Shown here: piece after piece, positions 1 through 11,700 of the stretch
Numbering within the stretch: position 1 is the stretch's first letter
Layout of the letters: every line of letters starts with the position of its first letter
Origin: Lenisia limosa
Lineage: Eukaryota; Protista; Breviatea
Direction: 5' to 3'
Assembly (NCBI GenBank): GCA_001655205.1
Contig: LPNZ01009518.1
Span: forward strand, 1 to 64,000
DNA length: 64,000 bases
The notes under the pieces: generated by a model
Seen by the model: only the letters and a program-made list of their open reading frames with translations
What the model was told of the DNA's origin: nothing
Databases searched by the model: none
Program-made: the position numbers and the translations under genes

Positions 1-96
1 AGTTGGGGGGGGGGGAGGTAGAGTGTATGTTGTTCAGTTCCCACTCTTGAGCTATAACGTCATAATGTTAACCAAATCCTTCCTTGAATGACGTGA

Positions 97-3000
97 CAGA
101 TTTGGTTGAGTGCTACTGCACCAGTCGATGCCAAGCCAGGCCTTTATGCTCCCTCTCCTCTCAATGACGCGTTTCCCGTTGCAGGGTCATCTTATGTTGC
201 TGATGTCCTCACCCGCTTCCAATCATCCAAGGTTTGTTCTGCTGCTCTCACCCCCCAAGCCGCCACACTTATATATGTGGCCTGCAGCCGTGCGCACCGC
301 CAGGTCCGAGAGAGCCATTGATGATATGCTTGCCTTGAGATTGCTTCAAGTCTGGGGGGGGGGGATTCAAAATTGGCAATTGGTGCAACTTCGTATAACT
401 GAANNNNNNNNNNNNNNNNNNNNNNNNNNNNNNNNNNNNNNNNNNNNNNNNNNNNNNNNNNNNNNNNNNNNNNTAAATAGCACAATAAACAAGTCATTAT
501 TTTATTATTATGCTCACAAAAGGGAATCATCAAAGATGATGAAAATATTTCAATTTTTGTAATGAGGTTTTGGCGGACCAGAGCATATGTTGTTTCTTTT
601 TGTGATGAGAGGCAATGACGGCGTAGTTTGCAGCGCATCGGGACGTTCTATCCGGCCGCATCCCTGTCGGAACCCTGGATGAGGCCATCAAACTTGCCGC
701 CATCCATGTAGGTTGTATGTTGGATATTTTATCTGTTACTCTCTAGTTTGCCATTGACTGGGTCTTTGATGGAGGAAACGCAATGGCACAACAGGTTAAT
801 TGTCTGCTGGTTTCTCCTGCGTAACTACTCTGTTGTTTGAAAAAATTCTCTGATATTTGTACTGTTTATGTTTTCTCCTCAATCATCAATCCAGCCAAAC
901 CTCCTGGTATGAAGGCAATTCTCAAGAAAGTCAAAAGTCTGCCTGATAGTCTCTTCAGCCCATGGGTGCTGAAGGACCCTGCCGTGAAGAAAGTCAGTAA
1001 CCTCCTGCTTAACAAACAAGGTTGGAATGACGGTGGCTCAAGAAACTCTGCTCAAATTCGGTTCTCGGCCCAAAACTGCCAAAGTTTGGCCTATGATGTA
1101 CCTTGCACAAGCGAGAAGGTTTGAAGGGGAGAACACCTGTAGACGTAACCGACCAGAACTCTCTGCTACCCTGGATACCTTGTCCCTGCACAAATCAAAG
1201 AAAAGCCGGTTCTCCTCGGAACCAATGGGCTTGACCTCATGATTCTTGACGATGGCAAAGGCGCCATCCCTCCAACCTCAACGTTCAAAATGTCCCTTCA
1301 GGTTTGGCAACCATGATTTAACTTTCAAGACAAGCAGCTTGGAGTGGACTCCAAAGATCAAAAACAAGAACTTCAAGGATACTCGAGGACGTAAGAATTG
1401 TTCCGACTTAACGTTTTAGACCGAAGCGGCCAGCGAGGGCTTGGTGAGGCATGGTAAGGCATGGTTGTTTGTTTGTTACTGTGAGGTTGGTTGAAATCAA
1501 GGAGACGCATATGGAGTGTATTGAAGAAGACGACGGACATGGGGTCCACTCCCGATTCAAGAAGCCTGGTGACGACAAAGAGGCATGCAACGCTTGTTGT
1601 TTGACATTCTAGGCTATTTCATCTTTGCAAATGGAGGTTTCAGAAATGAAGGGTGACATCTTTGAGGACGTTTATCAGGTAACTTATTTTATAATATTAG
1701 CGGAATTCATCTGTAGGGTTTCCATCAGCTTGAGTCAGAGTACCGTGCAGAAGTCAACAGCTCAATAAAAATCGAAAAAATCAAAGCAGAGGACAAGAAC
1801 TATGCTGTATGGAGTGTGCAGTTTTGGAAGTGATGGGTTTAGCCAGGAAGAGTAGTTGCAAATCCCCGCGCAGGCCTTGCCATTGGTGTCGACCAAGGAT
1901 GCCCGTTGAAAGGGCTATTATGCATACAGGTCCGTTCATCTTGGTATATTTCAAGTGAGTTTTTAGGTGCTTGAAGCCGACCACTTAGCTGCTGGAGACT
2001 CGAAAACCTCCGACCCGTATTGCAGGGTATATTACTGGTTCCTCTTTGATATTTGTAATAATAATATGATTAGTAGGTTACATTGCTACTTCAATTGGTC
2101 CACCTATTTTGTATTCTACTACCACAATTTTCTTTTTGATTTCTCAGGTTTGGTTTGGAATGAGCAGGAGAACAACTAAAACAATTGAAAACACACTCTG
2201 CCCGAAAGTAAGTCAGGAAGTCCGCTTTGCCCATTTTGTAGTGGAACGAAGCGTTCATTGTACCAGTTGGTAGAAGTGATGCGCCGCTTGTGAGGTTCTC
2301 AGTCCTTGACCGGTAAGATACCATATTCCTTGACAATCAGCGACACCGGAATAACGGATCTTTCCTTTGATGATCCTCTTGGAACTGTTGATCTGAATCT
2401 TGCTTCTTATGTTGACACACTTCGAAACTCTGGAGTGGTCGAAAAGTTGGTTCTTGCTTATTGTAACGCGTAGATGGCTCTCTCTTTCGCCATCATGTGG
2501 TCGTCTTCACGTCGCGATCACCTATCACTCCGATGATGAAGCTATTAATCCTGAGGCTGCACAAAGCATTTCCACCATTTTCCAACGCCTGGATATTTCT
2601 GGAAGTGGTAAGGACCTCCTGTTATTGTGACAGCAAATCAGGCAAAATATCAAGGGACGATTTAAAGAAGAGCCTCATGCAAGCTAAAGAAGGAAGTGAT
2701 AATACAAAGGTTCCAGGTGGGTGCTCTGGTGCTCTGGGTTGGTTATCAGACAAACCTTTCAACACCTTAATGTTATAAAGTTATGAATGTATGAACATGT
2801 TTATCGCGGTTTTTTACTTGGTACTGAAAGATCCAGATGAGTCAGTTGTTGATGGTTTCATGGAAGACTTTGACATTAGTGGTGATGGCGAAATTAGCGA
2901 AGCCGAATTTGTAGAAGTAGGAATGTGCGGATGATTTACACCTCTGTAGGTCCGTTGGCAATGGATGAACGGTCTTCTCGGCTATGGTCCGCCTCCCCCT

Positions 3001-4044
3001 TCTGAAGTCCCTGGGCAGATGGAAAGAATTTCTCATGAAAATGATGGGGAAAATGTAGGGTAGTCTTACATCTCACCCTTCTAGGTTATCTCTGAAGCAT
3101 ACAGTGGAAACCTGGTTGTACAAGTTTGTCATATTATGAATAAAACATATTTCAGGTGATCAAGGCTGAAGGTCTCAACTCAACTGACAGAGACGGTAAA
3201 ACTGATGCACAGGCTTATGTTTACTTTGGAGAGAATTGGGTTTGCTGGATTAACAGTTTAATTGAATCAGAAAAAAGGGCGAACGGTACTGAACTCGCTC
3301 AACCCAATTTGGTGGGAGGCGTTTGTCATGCCCATTACACCGGAAGATGGCCCTCTGCTCCGAGTTCGACTGACTGATAAGGACTGGACCACTCCAAGTG
3401 ATATTAGTTTAGCGTTAGTCTGAGGCCTCAGGTTGTCACCCCTGTAGTGATGAGACCTTGGGCTCTGTTGACATTCAGCTTCCACGGGAGTGGATGAACT
3501 CAGGTCACCTCTTCAAAAAGTGGTACAAACTCACTGGAGAAGGTGTGCCATGTACTACCTAATCTTCTAGACTGTGTAACCGGGCGCATTTTGGTGGGTG
3601 TTCGCTATTTCCCTGATTTGCCAAAACTGTCAGATAAAAAAATTGAGAAAATAAACAGTTAGTGGGTAAGAGTTGTTGATGTATTGTTTTGCACTGTGTC
3701 ATACAACAGTTTTGGCGATAACCCTTTATCATATTTGCTGATTAAAGAGTGGTGAATCCTTCAATACTTACAGTTTAGAAATGTTTGATAAGTATGACGA
3801 GAACGGAAATGGGCACGTGACTGTTGAAGAGCTGGCACATTCGTTGAAGGTGGTTTTTAGTCAATCTGATTTTTCTAGAACGTGGATTGCGAGGTGGTAA
3901 AGAGCCACCTGGCAGACTTCGACTTGAACAGTGACGGATCAATATCGCGGGAGGAATTCTTGAGCCAGCATACACGGTTTGACCCTTTCCACTCCTGACA
4001 GTTCTAGATTCGCTCTTGGTTTACTGGATAATCCAAACGCTTAG
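97..4044 (+). CDS. FERM domain + two C2 domains + EF-hand pairs protein (multi-exon, 5' end upstream of window)
   Basis: Spliced exons give FERM-like ...SYVADVLTRFQ / SERAIDDMLALRLLQ / HRDVLSGRIPVGTLDEAIKLAAIH. C2-1 reads GLLCIQVLEADHLAAGDSKTSDPYCRV...WNEAFIVP...FSVLDR, followed by EF loops DISGSGKISRDD and DISGDGEISEAEF. C2-2 reads GNLVVQVIKAEGLNSTDRDGKTDA...LNPIWWEAF...LTDKD, followed by EF loops DENGNGHVTVEEL and DLNSDGSISREEF. Stop TAG at 4042-4044. Confidence 0.85.
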
Positions 4045-4161
4045 ATTTTTACTTTTGTGGGGAATGTATTATAAAATTTTCATGTGGGATTAACAAAAGG
4101 GTGACATAGAGGTACACAGTGAAAGGGGGAAATCAAAATAAATACTAAGAAAATAATATTG

Positions 4162-5343
4162 TTACAGCAAAATACAACCAAAACAGGAATCTAATATGCA
4201 GCACCAACAGGGTGAGCTAGCCTCTAAGTACAAGTCAGAAATGGAAGAAATTGTAATGGGTAATATAGATGTTTCAACAGGTTTATTATTATGTAATAAA
4301 TATGTGGAGAGGGCAGAAGACTGTGCTGGTAATTGAGGGGGACTGAGTGGCTGGACATCTTCTTCGACAACAAATTTGGTTGTTGTATCTTTTGAACAAA
4401 CCTGCTGGGAAAACTTGGAGGGAGCATGAGGCTTTGTCTTCTTCCCTGACAATGTGCGCGAAACCCAGTCCAGACCTTCGTAGAGGCCGTCCCCTTAATG
4501 GTAAGATTATGAACAAATGGAGGATACTGGAACACTTTTGGGTAAAACTCAAGTCCCGATTCAATTACAACTGACACTGCAACATACCAGTCGTTGCTAT
4601 TGAAGGTTGGAGATACCAGTTGCGTCTGAGTTTGTGTAAGTCAAGCTTCTCTGACATCTGAAAAGTCAATAATGAAAAAAAAAGTTAATTCATACCTCTG
4701 CAGGTGTCATTGCATTTGGAAGATCTTGTTTGTTCGCCAAGATAAGAAGGGCAGCGTCATTCAGCTCCTCAGCTTCAAGAACCTGAAGGATCAAAGAGGA
4801 ACTAAGGAAATGGGTCAACACCAAATCTTTAGGAATAGCCATATTATCAACCAACCTTGTGAAGAGTGAAGCGGGCCTCATCGATACGCTGTCGGTCAAT
4901 ACTGTCAACAACAAAAATAACTGCGTGGCTTCCCTACGAGGTGACAAGATATCCAGCACTTTACCAAATACCAAATGGCAAAATCAACAATTATACTTCT
5001 ATCCCACAAACACTGTAGTAATACTTCCAGAGTGGCCTAATGTTGTCTTGTCCTCCAACATCCCAAACGTTGAATTCCAAGTTGTTGTACTGAACGGTCT
5101 CGACATTGAACCCTAAAAAGTCAGCAAAAAGGAGAAGGTGTTATTACAAACCAATTGTGGGAATGGTGTTAATGTTTTCATTGAGACGAAGTTTGTAGAG
5201 AATAGACGTTTTTCCGGCAGCATCAAGACCAATCTAATGTATGAGAAACTCAAAAACGGAAAGGAAAAAAATGCCTAGTAACTCACCATCAGAAGGCGAT
5301 ACTCCTTGTTTGAAGGAAAGATGCGTGAGAGTAAGTTGCCCAT
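4162..5343 (-). CDS. ARF: ADP-ribosylation factor family small GTPase with C-terminal extension
   Basis: Exons read MGNLLSRIF...[14 protein letters not shown]...TIPTIGFNVETV...[13 protein letters not shown]...[10 protein letters not shown]...[20 protein letters not shown]. All G-boxes and the Gly2 myristoylation site are present. The 3' end depends on splicing; 4162 assumes the unspliced tail. Confidence 0.95.
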
Positions 5344-5731
5344 TATTATATATTATTTGAGAGAAGAAATGCAATTTGAAGACAAAAATTTGTTAAATAG
5401 TTTAGATTGGGCATACTTAAGTATTCAAATACACGGTGTGCCGACACTCTGTGTACACCTTGTCGAAAAAGACAGAGTGTTTAAAACACGGTGTCATGTT
5501 GCAGGTGTTCTTCAGTATGGATGTTGGTATTGTTCATGACTACTTGACTTNNNNNNNNNNNNNNNNNNNNNNNNNNNNNNNNNNNNNNNNNNNNNNNNNN
5601 NNNNNNNNNNNNNNNNNNNNNNNNNNNNNNNNNNNNNNNNNNNNNNNNNNNNNNNNNNNNNNNNNNNNNNNNNNNNNNNNNNNNNNNNNNNNNNNNNNNN
5701 NNNNNNNNNNNNNNNNNNNNNNNNNNNNGCA

Positions 5732-6499
5732 ATGTCCTCGGCCCAGGCCATCCCCGAGAGGAAAAGTAGGCCGCATTAGGATTAGATTTGCTAATTTCAG
5801 GGTTAAAAGTGAATAAAATCGGAGAATCAGTCTTCATTTTTTTTTATGTTCTTCTTTCTTGTGGTTTAAGACACATTAGTCCGTCCTGAGGATCTTGCTA
5901 CTACTCCTGGTGGAACCATTTTTGCTACAACTCCTGGAGGTGAGATTTGTACTTTTTTTTTTGTCTTCAGCATTATTCAATTCTCGTTTGAGTTACATCC
6001 AAGGAACCAAGATTTTCTACGACAAACAAGCTCTTCTTTACATGAGCAACTCTCCACTCGCGCGGACTCCTCCTTCTAACCTCCCTATTATCCCTGGTGC
6101 GCCATTTGGAGTGCTTTATGATTGGATTAATTTGAAAAACTAATATAGTCATCTTAGGGCAACATTCTTCAATTCCCAATCCTCTCCCAAGTTCTGATCA
6201 TTTAGGAATTACCAAGGGAGGTTCAGCCGAAGTCGTACTTGAACACGGCAAGGAAGAGGAAGAGGAGGTGTGTTTTTATCGCATTTTAAAAGGTTTTAAT
6301 AATAGTTCATGGCTCTTTTTTTTTTTTTTTTTTTTNNNNNNNNNNNNNNNNNNNNNNNNNNNNNNNNNNNNNNNNNNNNNNNNNNNNNNNNNNNNNNNNN
6401 NNNNNGAACAAAGACAACCAGGGTGAAGTGTTAAATAACAATTGCATTGAAAAGAGCAAACTAATGGTTTTAGACGACGAAATGTTCGATATGGAGTAA
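5732..6499 (+). CDS. EIF4EBP: eIF4E-binding protein (4E-BP)
   Basis: Exons read MSSAQAIP...[48 protein letters not shown]...DDEMFDME*. This contains the tandem TPGG sites, the YxxxxL-phi motif and a TOS-like C-terminus. One exon abuts an N gap. Confidence 0.93.
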
Positions 6500-6559
6500 G
6501 CATCATCATTAGCGCAGGAAACAAAAATGGTCAAAACAAGAAAAAAAATATTAAAACTT

Positions 6560-7240
6560 AAAATCCCTGGTTGGTTAGATAAATATATGATTATCTTACC
6601 AGCCATTCTGAAGTGTCAACGTGATATTGGGTTCTGAGTACATAGACTAGCACAATGAGCATGATCGCATAAAATCCGCAATTAAGCTTTTTCCTTCGGG
6701 TGTGAAATACAATGGCTACCAACCTGAGTGGGAAGCCTTCCTTTTGTTGCTTTCTCCATTTTTGTACTTTCATTGCCAGTTCTAGGCATCGTCAGCTTCA
6801 GTTCATAATGGCATGTAGCAAAGCATTTCATTCCATCCATTTCCATGAAGACTATTCATACAACCTGCCATTATATCAAAGGTGTAATTTCCCCCTTCTC
6901 CACACACTCCCTATCTCAGCATCTGATAGTTCTTCATCGTTTCCATCATCATAATGGGATAAGATTCTATTGATAGCTGCTGTGGTTTCGTTGTAGGTTA
7001 CCGGTTTTTCAGCCTAAAGGTGTTGAAGATAAACCAACAAAAGAGACTAATGAAACAGTTGTCCCAGACCCCACATGACCGCTAGCAATGAGTTGTCCAG
7101 ACCCCACACCCTTACTGCATACCTAAAGGAGTCAGAAATGCACTATAAACCCATGAGAATAAAGCTGCAGGGAGAAGTGTGACTAATGAATTAATGCAGC
7201 TTTTGGGAGGGTATAGACGAGGTATAGAGGTCCAAATAAT
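6560..7240 (-). CDS. hypothetical protein (multi-exon, boundaries uncertain)
   Basis: GT-AG bounded segments have open frames, e.g. KPVTYNETTAAINRILSHYDDGNDEELSDAEIG and LAMKVQKWRKQQKEGFPLRL. No family recognised. Confidence 0.4.
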
Positions 7241-7368
7241 AGAGAATTTGGCAAGAAATGGGATTTGGGATTATAGAACGTGAGCCCTTTTTTTAAGGAA
7301 ATCATTTTTGTAATTTGAAAAAATAGGACGCGAACCATGAGATTTTCTATATCGCGGAATTAGTGGGA

Positions 7369-7420
7369 TTTGGGACGTGGGCGGAAAAGTGGGACGTGGA
7401 TCTAAGCCCCACGTCCCAAA
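7369..7420. repeat. Intergenic inverted repeat / repeated TGGGACGTGG motif
   Basis: TTTGGGACGTGGG (7369-7381) pairs perfectly with CCCACGTCCCAAA (7408-7420). A third copy TGGGACGTGG lies at 7390-7399. It sits between putative divergent genes. Confidence 0.7.
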
Positions 7421-7799
7421 ATATCAAAATCCCATTTTTTTGTCATTTCTCTAATAAGGCTCAATTGGTAGACCGTGTTTTAAAAGCAGTCTTTGGATAC
7501 GTAACACGTGGAGTGAAATTAATAAATAATAAAATAGAATACTTGAAAATACTATATTCATCAAGATTGAGTTCCTCATAATATTTATTGATAAGGTCCT
7601 TCTGAATATATCATATACTAATATACTATATGATATATCATAAACATATATCGATATATATATATAATATAATAGCTATATACTACATGTATATATATAT
7701 ATATATATTACGAACTCAGCAGTTCTGCTTGGGGTAAATTTAACTAAGAACAGCTTCCTTTTATCTATTTACTACCTATAAATGTATCTTCACTACAGA

Positions 7800-8464
7800 T
7801 CATATCCACCGGACAGCGAAACCGAAGAAATATCACCAATGTGCTATTACTGATATGTTGCAAATGTACTCTGTTAATGCGAAACTACGAAGAAACTATA
7901 TGTTCTACATATTGATCTATCTGTCATATTCCATGTAATACAATATATAAGTTTGTATGTTGTAAGGAAGGGGGGGGGGTGATATAAACTCAGCTTTCAA
8001 TGTAGCATACATACATACTTGTTACTTGTCTCATTTTGCATATGACATACAATAATTTTCTGATATACTACTCCTTAGCTTGGTATTTTTTTTTGATCAT
8101 CCTCCTACCTGCTCCTCACTCTTTTTCAATGGTGGGTTGATCCCTTCTTTAAATTTGAGGTCATCACCTTCATCCAAAGGGTTGAATAAAATCCGGCCAT
8201 CCCTTCCTATCAAATTACAACAGGTCAATTTGGCCTACCTTGGTTGTGTTGCAAACTGGCTTTGTCTTCTTTTGCTGTGTCCATTTGAAAAGGTGCAAAA
8301 CGAAGGAAAATATCAAGCGGTGTATACAACTGGGCGGTTCAAATATAAAAAATACAACGCTCGTCTACTTTTCTTTAATCTGCAAGCTTCTTTTGGTTGG
8401 AGACAATAATGAAAGTATGTCACGAGTATATGATGAAGTGACTAATGCAATGACAATGGTTTAA
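7800..8464 (+). CDS. hypothetical protein, possibly membrane (uncertain model)
   Basis: Hydrophobic exon-like segments (TLFQWWVDPFFKFEVITFIQR / SIWPTLVVLQTGFVFFCCVHLKR) and a terminal exon LLLVGDNNESMSRVYDEVTNAMTMV*. A 9-T run may hide a frameshift or assembly error. Confidence 0.35.
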
Positions 8465-8724
8465 TGATTCAACGATATGTGATATGGTTGGTTTGGGGGT
8501 GCAAGGGGCAGTAGGGGGCAGAGGTTGGGGGTGCGCAAACAAATATCTGTGCTATCCTAGTTAAATCTACTAGAAATTAACTGTATTTAAACTTTTCAAT
8601 TTTTTCCATCAGATTTGCCGATTATAATAAACTAAAACCAGGGTTAAACTGTCTTTTTAATTTTTTAATTGAGTGCTAAAAGATCAAAAAGGATTAGGCG
8701 AATTACATTGGTTGACTGCCGATA

Positions 8725-11700
8725 ATGGAGGACTGTAAGCGTCTCTTTGTCTTCCTTAATCTTTATTGGTGACATAATATACTTTTTATACTTAAAGAAA
8801 GGAATTAAATATGTTTTTGTCTCACCCTTCCAGTCTTGCAGAAGCAGATTGATGAAGCTGCGTTGTCCGATTCAGAGTCTGATATCGACCTCCCTGATGA
8901 TGTCCCTGAGCCGTATGCGTTTTACTCATTTACTTTAATTTTATTGTAAACCAGTGGACAATTAAATTGAGCTGTTGTGTGTATTGATACATTTCCTCCA
9001 TCTTATCGACAGAGTGCGCAATTCTCCTCCTCCCCAAGCCCCTTTATTATCCTTAAGCGAAGTTTTTGATGGAAGTGAGTGGAATCTAGAGAATGAAAAG
9101 AATTTTTTATGAAATATATAGGTAATTCTTCAGGTGATGCAGATGACAGCAGCGGAGAAGAATATGAGGCAGAAAAGAAGGGCGAAGATTCAGAGGAGGT
9201 TTGAGGGGCTTTTGCTTCTTTAAATACCCTCTCCCCTCTACACACACGCACTAGCTTGCTTTAACAACTTCTATTTTCCCACAGAATCCCATCTTAGTGC
9301 ATTTTGGAATGATTTCCTCCCTCATTATCTTTTGGTCTTTGTTACAAAATTCAGGACGATGACAATGACGGTCCCATGAGAGGAAAGAGTCTGAGACAGT
9401 CTAATCGTAAAAAGGCAAAAGATGCTCAGATTGCTCTTGAAGAAAGGTGATTTCTTTGTTATTATTGCGACCTTTTCTACCTTTCTATTTCCACCTTTCT
9501 ATTTCCAGTTTTCACCATTCCCAGAGCAAGGGAAGAGAGAAGACAGCTTGACGAGGAATTTGGTTCAGATGGCGAAGAGTACAAGGAGTACATGGAAGCC
9601 AGAAAGCGTCAATCTGCTGGCGGTTCAACTGTAGGAACGTGAAGACGTGGTAACTGTGATGTACTGAATTTTATTGTCTAGGGTGGAGCCAAGATTCCAA
9701 ACTTCGATCCTGAAAACCCCTTTGATGTTGCAATGAAGTCAGTCAAGGTGAGCTGGACGTGCAACAATATGTTATGAAGATATTTGGGAAATCACTGCTA
9801 TCTGATCTGTATGTTTCACTGTTTAGGACGCAAAACGAAAGGGGCGTGAACGGAGTCAGACCGAAATTGAAACAGAGGCTAGCGCTCTTATCGGACTCAT
9901 GCACATGGCGGCTGATTTGGTAAGAAAACGTGAAGGGCAACAAGTGGGGTTAAAATTAACACAGCATCATTATATTAATTAATTTAATGGTGTTATTTGT
10001 TATAATCTTTCAGGATCTCCAAGCAAGAAAGGCAAAGAAACCAGCTTACAACAAGCTGACCCATCTGGATACTGTAGTCAAGGGATTAGCCAAGGTCTGT
10101 AGGTAGATACTTATTGTTCATTATAAAGAGAGTAGTGGCGTTCAATACTGATTATGTAGAGTGATCTTCTGGAGTGTTTGGTTGAAAAGGATGTTTGCAG
10201 TGCATTGTTTCAATGGTTGAGACCAATTGATAGGAAAGGAAACTTGCCTTCTTTGGCTATTCGCTCCCCTCTTCTTAAGGTAATATAAGACACTTCTGGT
10301 TTGTTCTTACAGCATAGGCGTGTGAGAGATTGCCTCAGATTGATTCTGATCATCTGACAACTTCAAAGGTAAGCATTGAGTTGATTTGTCTTTTTGATTT
10401 CCATTATTAACCGCTTGCTTTACGTCATATCTACTCTTTCTTTGTCAATACGCGCTGCTTTCCTCTTTCCTTTTGGGTAATTTTTTATTCTTTCAGCTCG
10501 GTTCAGCAGTGATGTTCCTCCTTCAACATGAGAAGGAAATTCCAGAAAACAAAAAGATTGCCAAACGTATCATTGACTCTTGGAGGTGAGGAGTTGGCAA
10601 ATGCCCTTTAGCTGACGAATATTATGGCATGTTTTTTTCAATATTTATTTCAAAACTTGATTATGGCATGTTTTTTTTCAATATTTATTTCAAAACCGAA
10701 AAAGCCTTAGTTATGACAATGTAGCCGTGCCGCCCTTGCCATTTCCAACGAATACAGCCACCAGGACCGCTCTAATGCTGAAGTTCTGGAACTGTAGGAT
10801 ACTCTTGTGTCAAACTCTTCTGACTGTTTAGACCTAAGCGCGTGGAGATGAAATCTGAGTTGGAGTGGTTTGGGTCAAAACTTGATTGATCGTTGTCATC
10901 ATAGTATACTTGTTTTTACACTGGTTGCCTGTTTGTGTTGACAACTAAGGAGTGACCCCACCAAGAGAAACTTCCACCACTTTGCCCTCCGTCCTGTTGT
11001 CCCCATTAAAGATTATACAAAGGTCAGCCACTTATTTTTTGCAGTAAATCCCAATAGGGCGAAATTGTTGTCAGGGCATGATAATTTGAATTGTGATTTT
11101 TTCAAATTGTGATTACTGAAGATTTACAGGGGTTTGAAGAGTAATTCATAGTATAGAGCCAAGTTAAACATTATATTAATTCAAATTTTAACCGAGATTG
11201 GAATGGTCAGGGGAGGTAGCGATATAGCGGTTCCTGCTTCGGAAACAATATTCACGTCGTAAAACATTCAGTTGGCTTGCGGGGAAGAATGAGAGGGACT
11301 TCAAAAGAAGGCAAGGGAAAGCGTAGTAACTCTTTAATGCTATACTGCCATTTAAACTAGTTTAATCATTTAGTATTGAAGTAAATTGGATCAAACTTAA
11401 GGGACATCGCATTAAAAGAGAACTAAATCCTTCAGAATTCAAACTCAACATTTTCAAAAGCAAGATCTGCTGCTCTGTTCTTGGCAAGTTCCTGGCGTTT
11501 CAAAGCTGTGAACTCACGTTGATCTTTGTATTTATACGCAAACGATACTCAGGCAGCTGATCTCCTTTCAATCTCCAAAAGCTAAACTAGAAGTGTTTTG
11601 TGGGAGAAAAGGCCTTTTGAGGGCTGACTCTAGTCTAACTGCCCTATAAATGTATTCTTAACTGCACTTTTGATAGAATATAGCAAACATAAGGAAAGCG

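Noticed and set aside
270-300. YVACSRA in ORF 106..321 resembles SF1 helicase motif VI
   Set aside because: It lies in an alternative frame across an intron boundary of the FERM gene, and no other helicase motifs are present.
1910-1970. Apparent in-frame TAG (GIFQVSF*VLEA) suggesting stop reassignment or a 12-nt intron
   Set aside because: It is resolved by a normal 37-nt GT-AG intron giving GLLCIQ|VLEA, which matches the second C2 domain. The genes end in standard stops.
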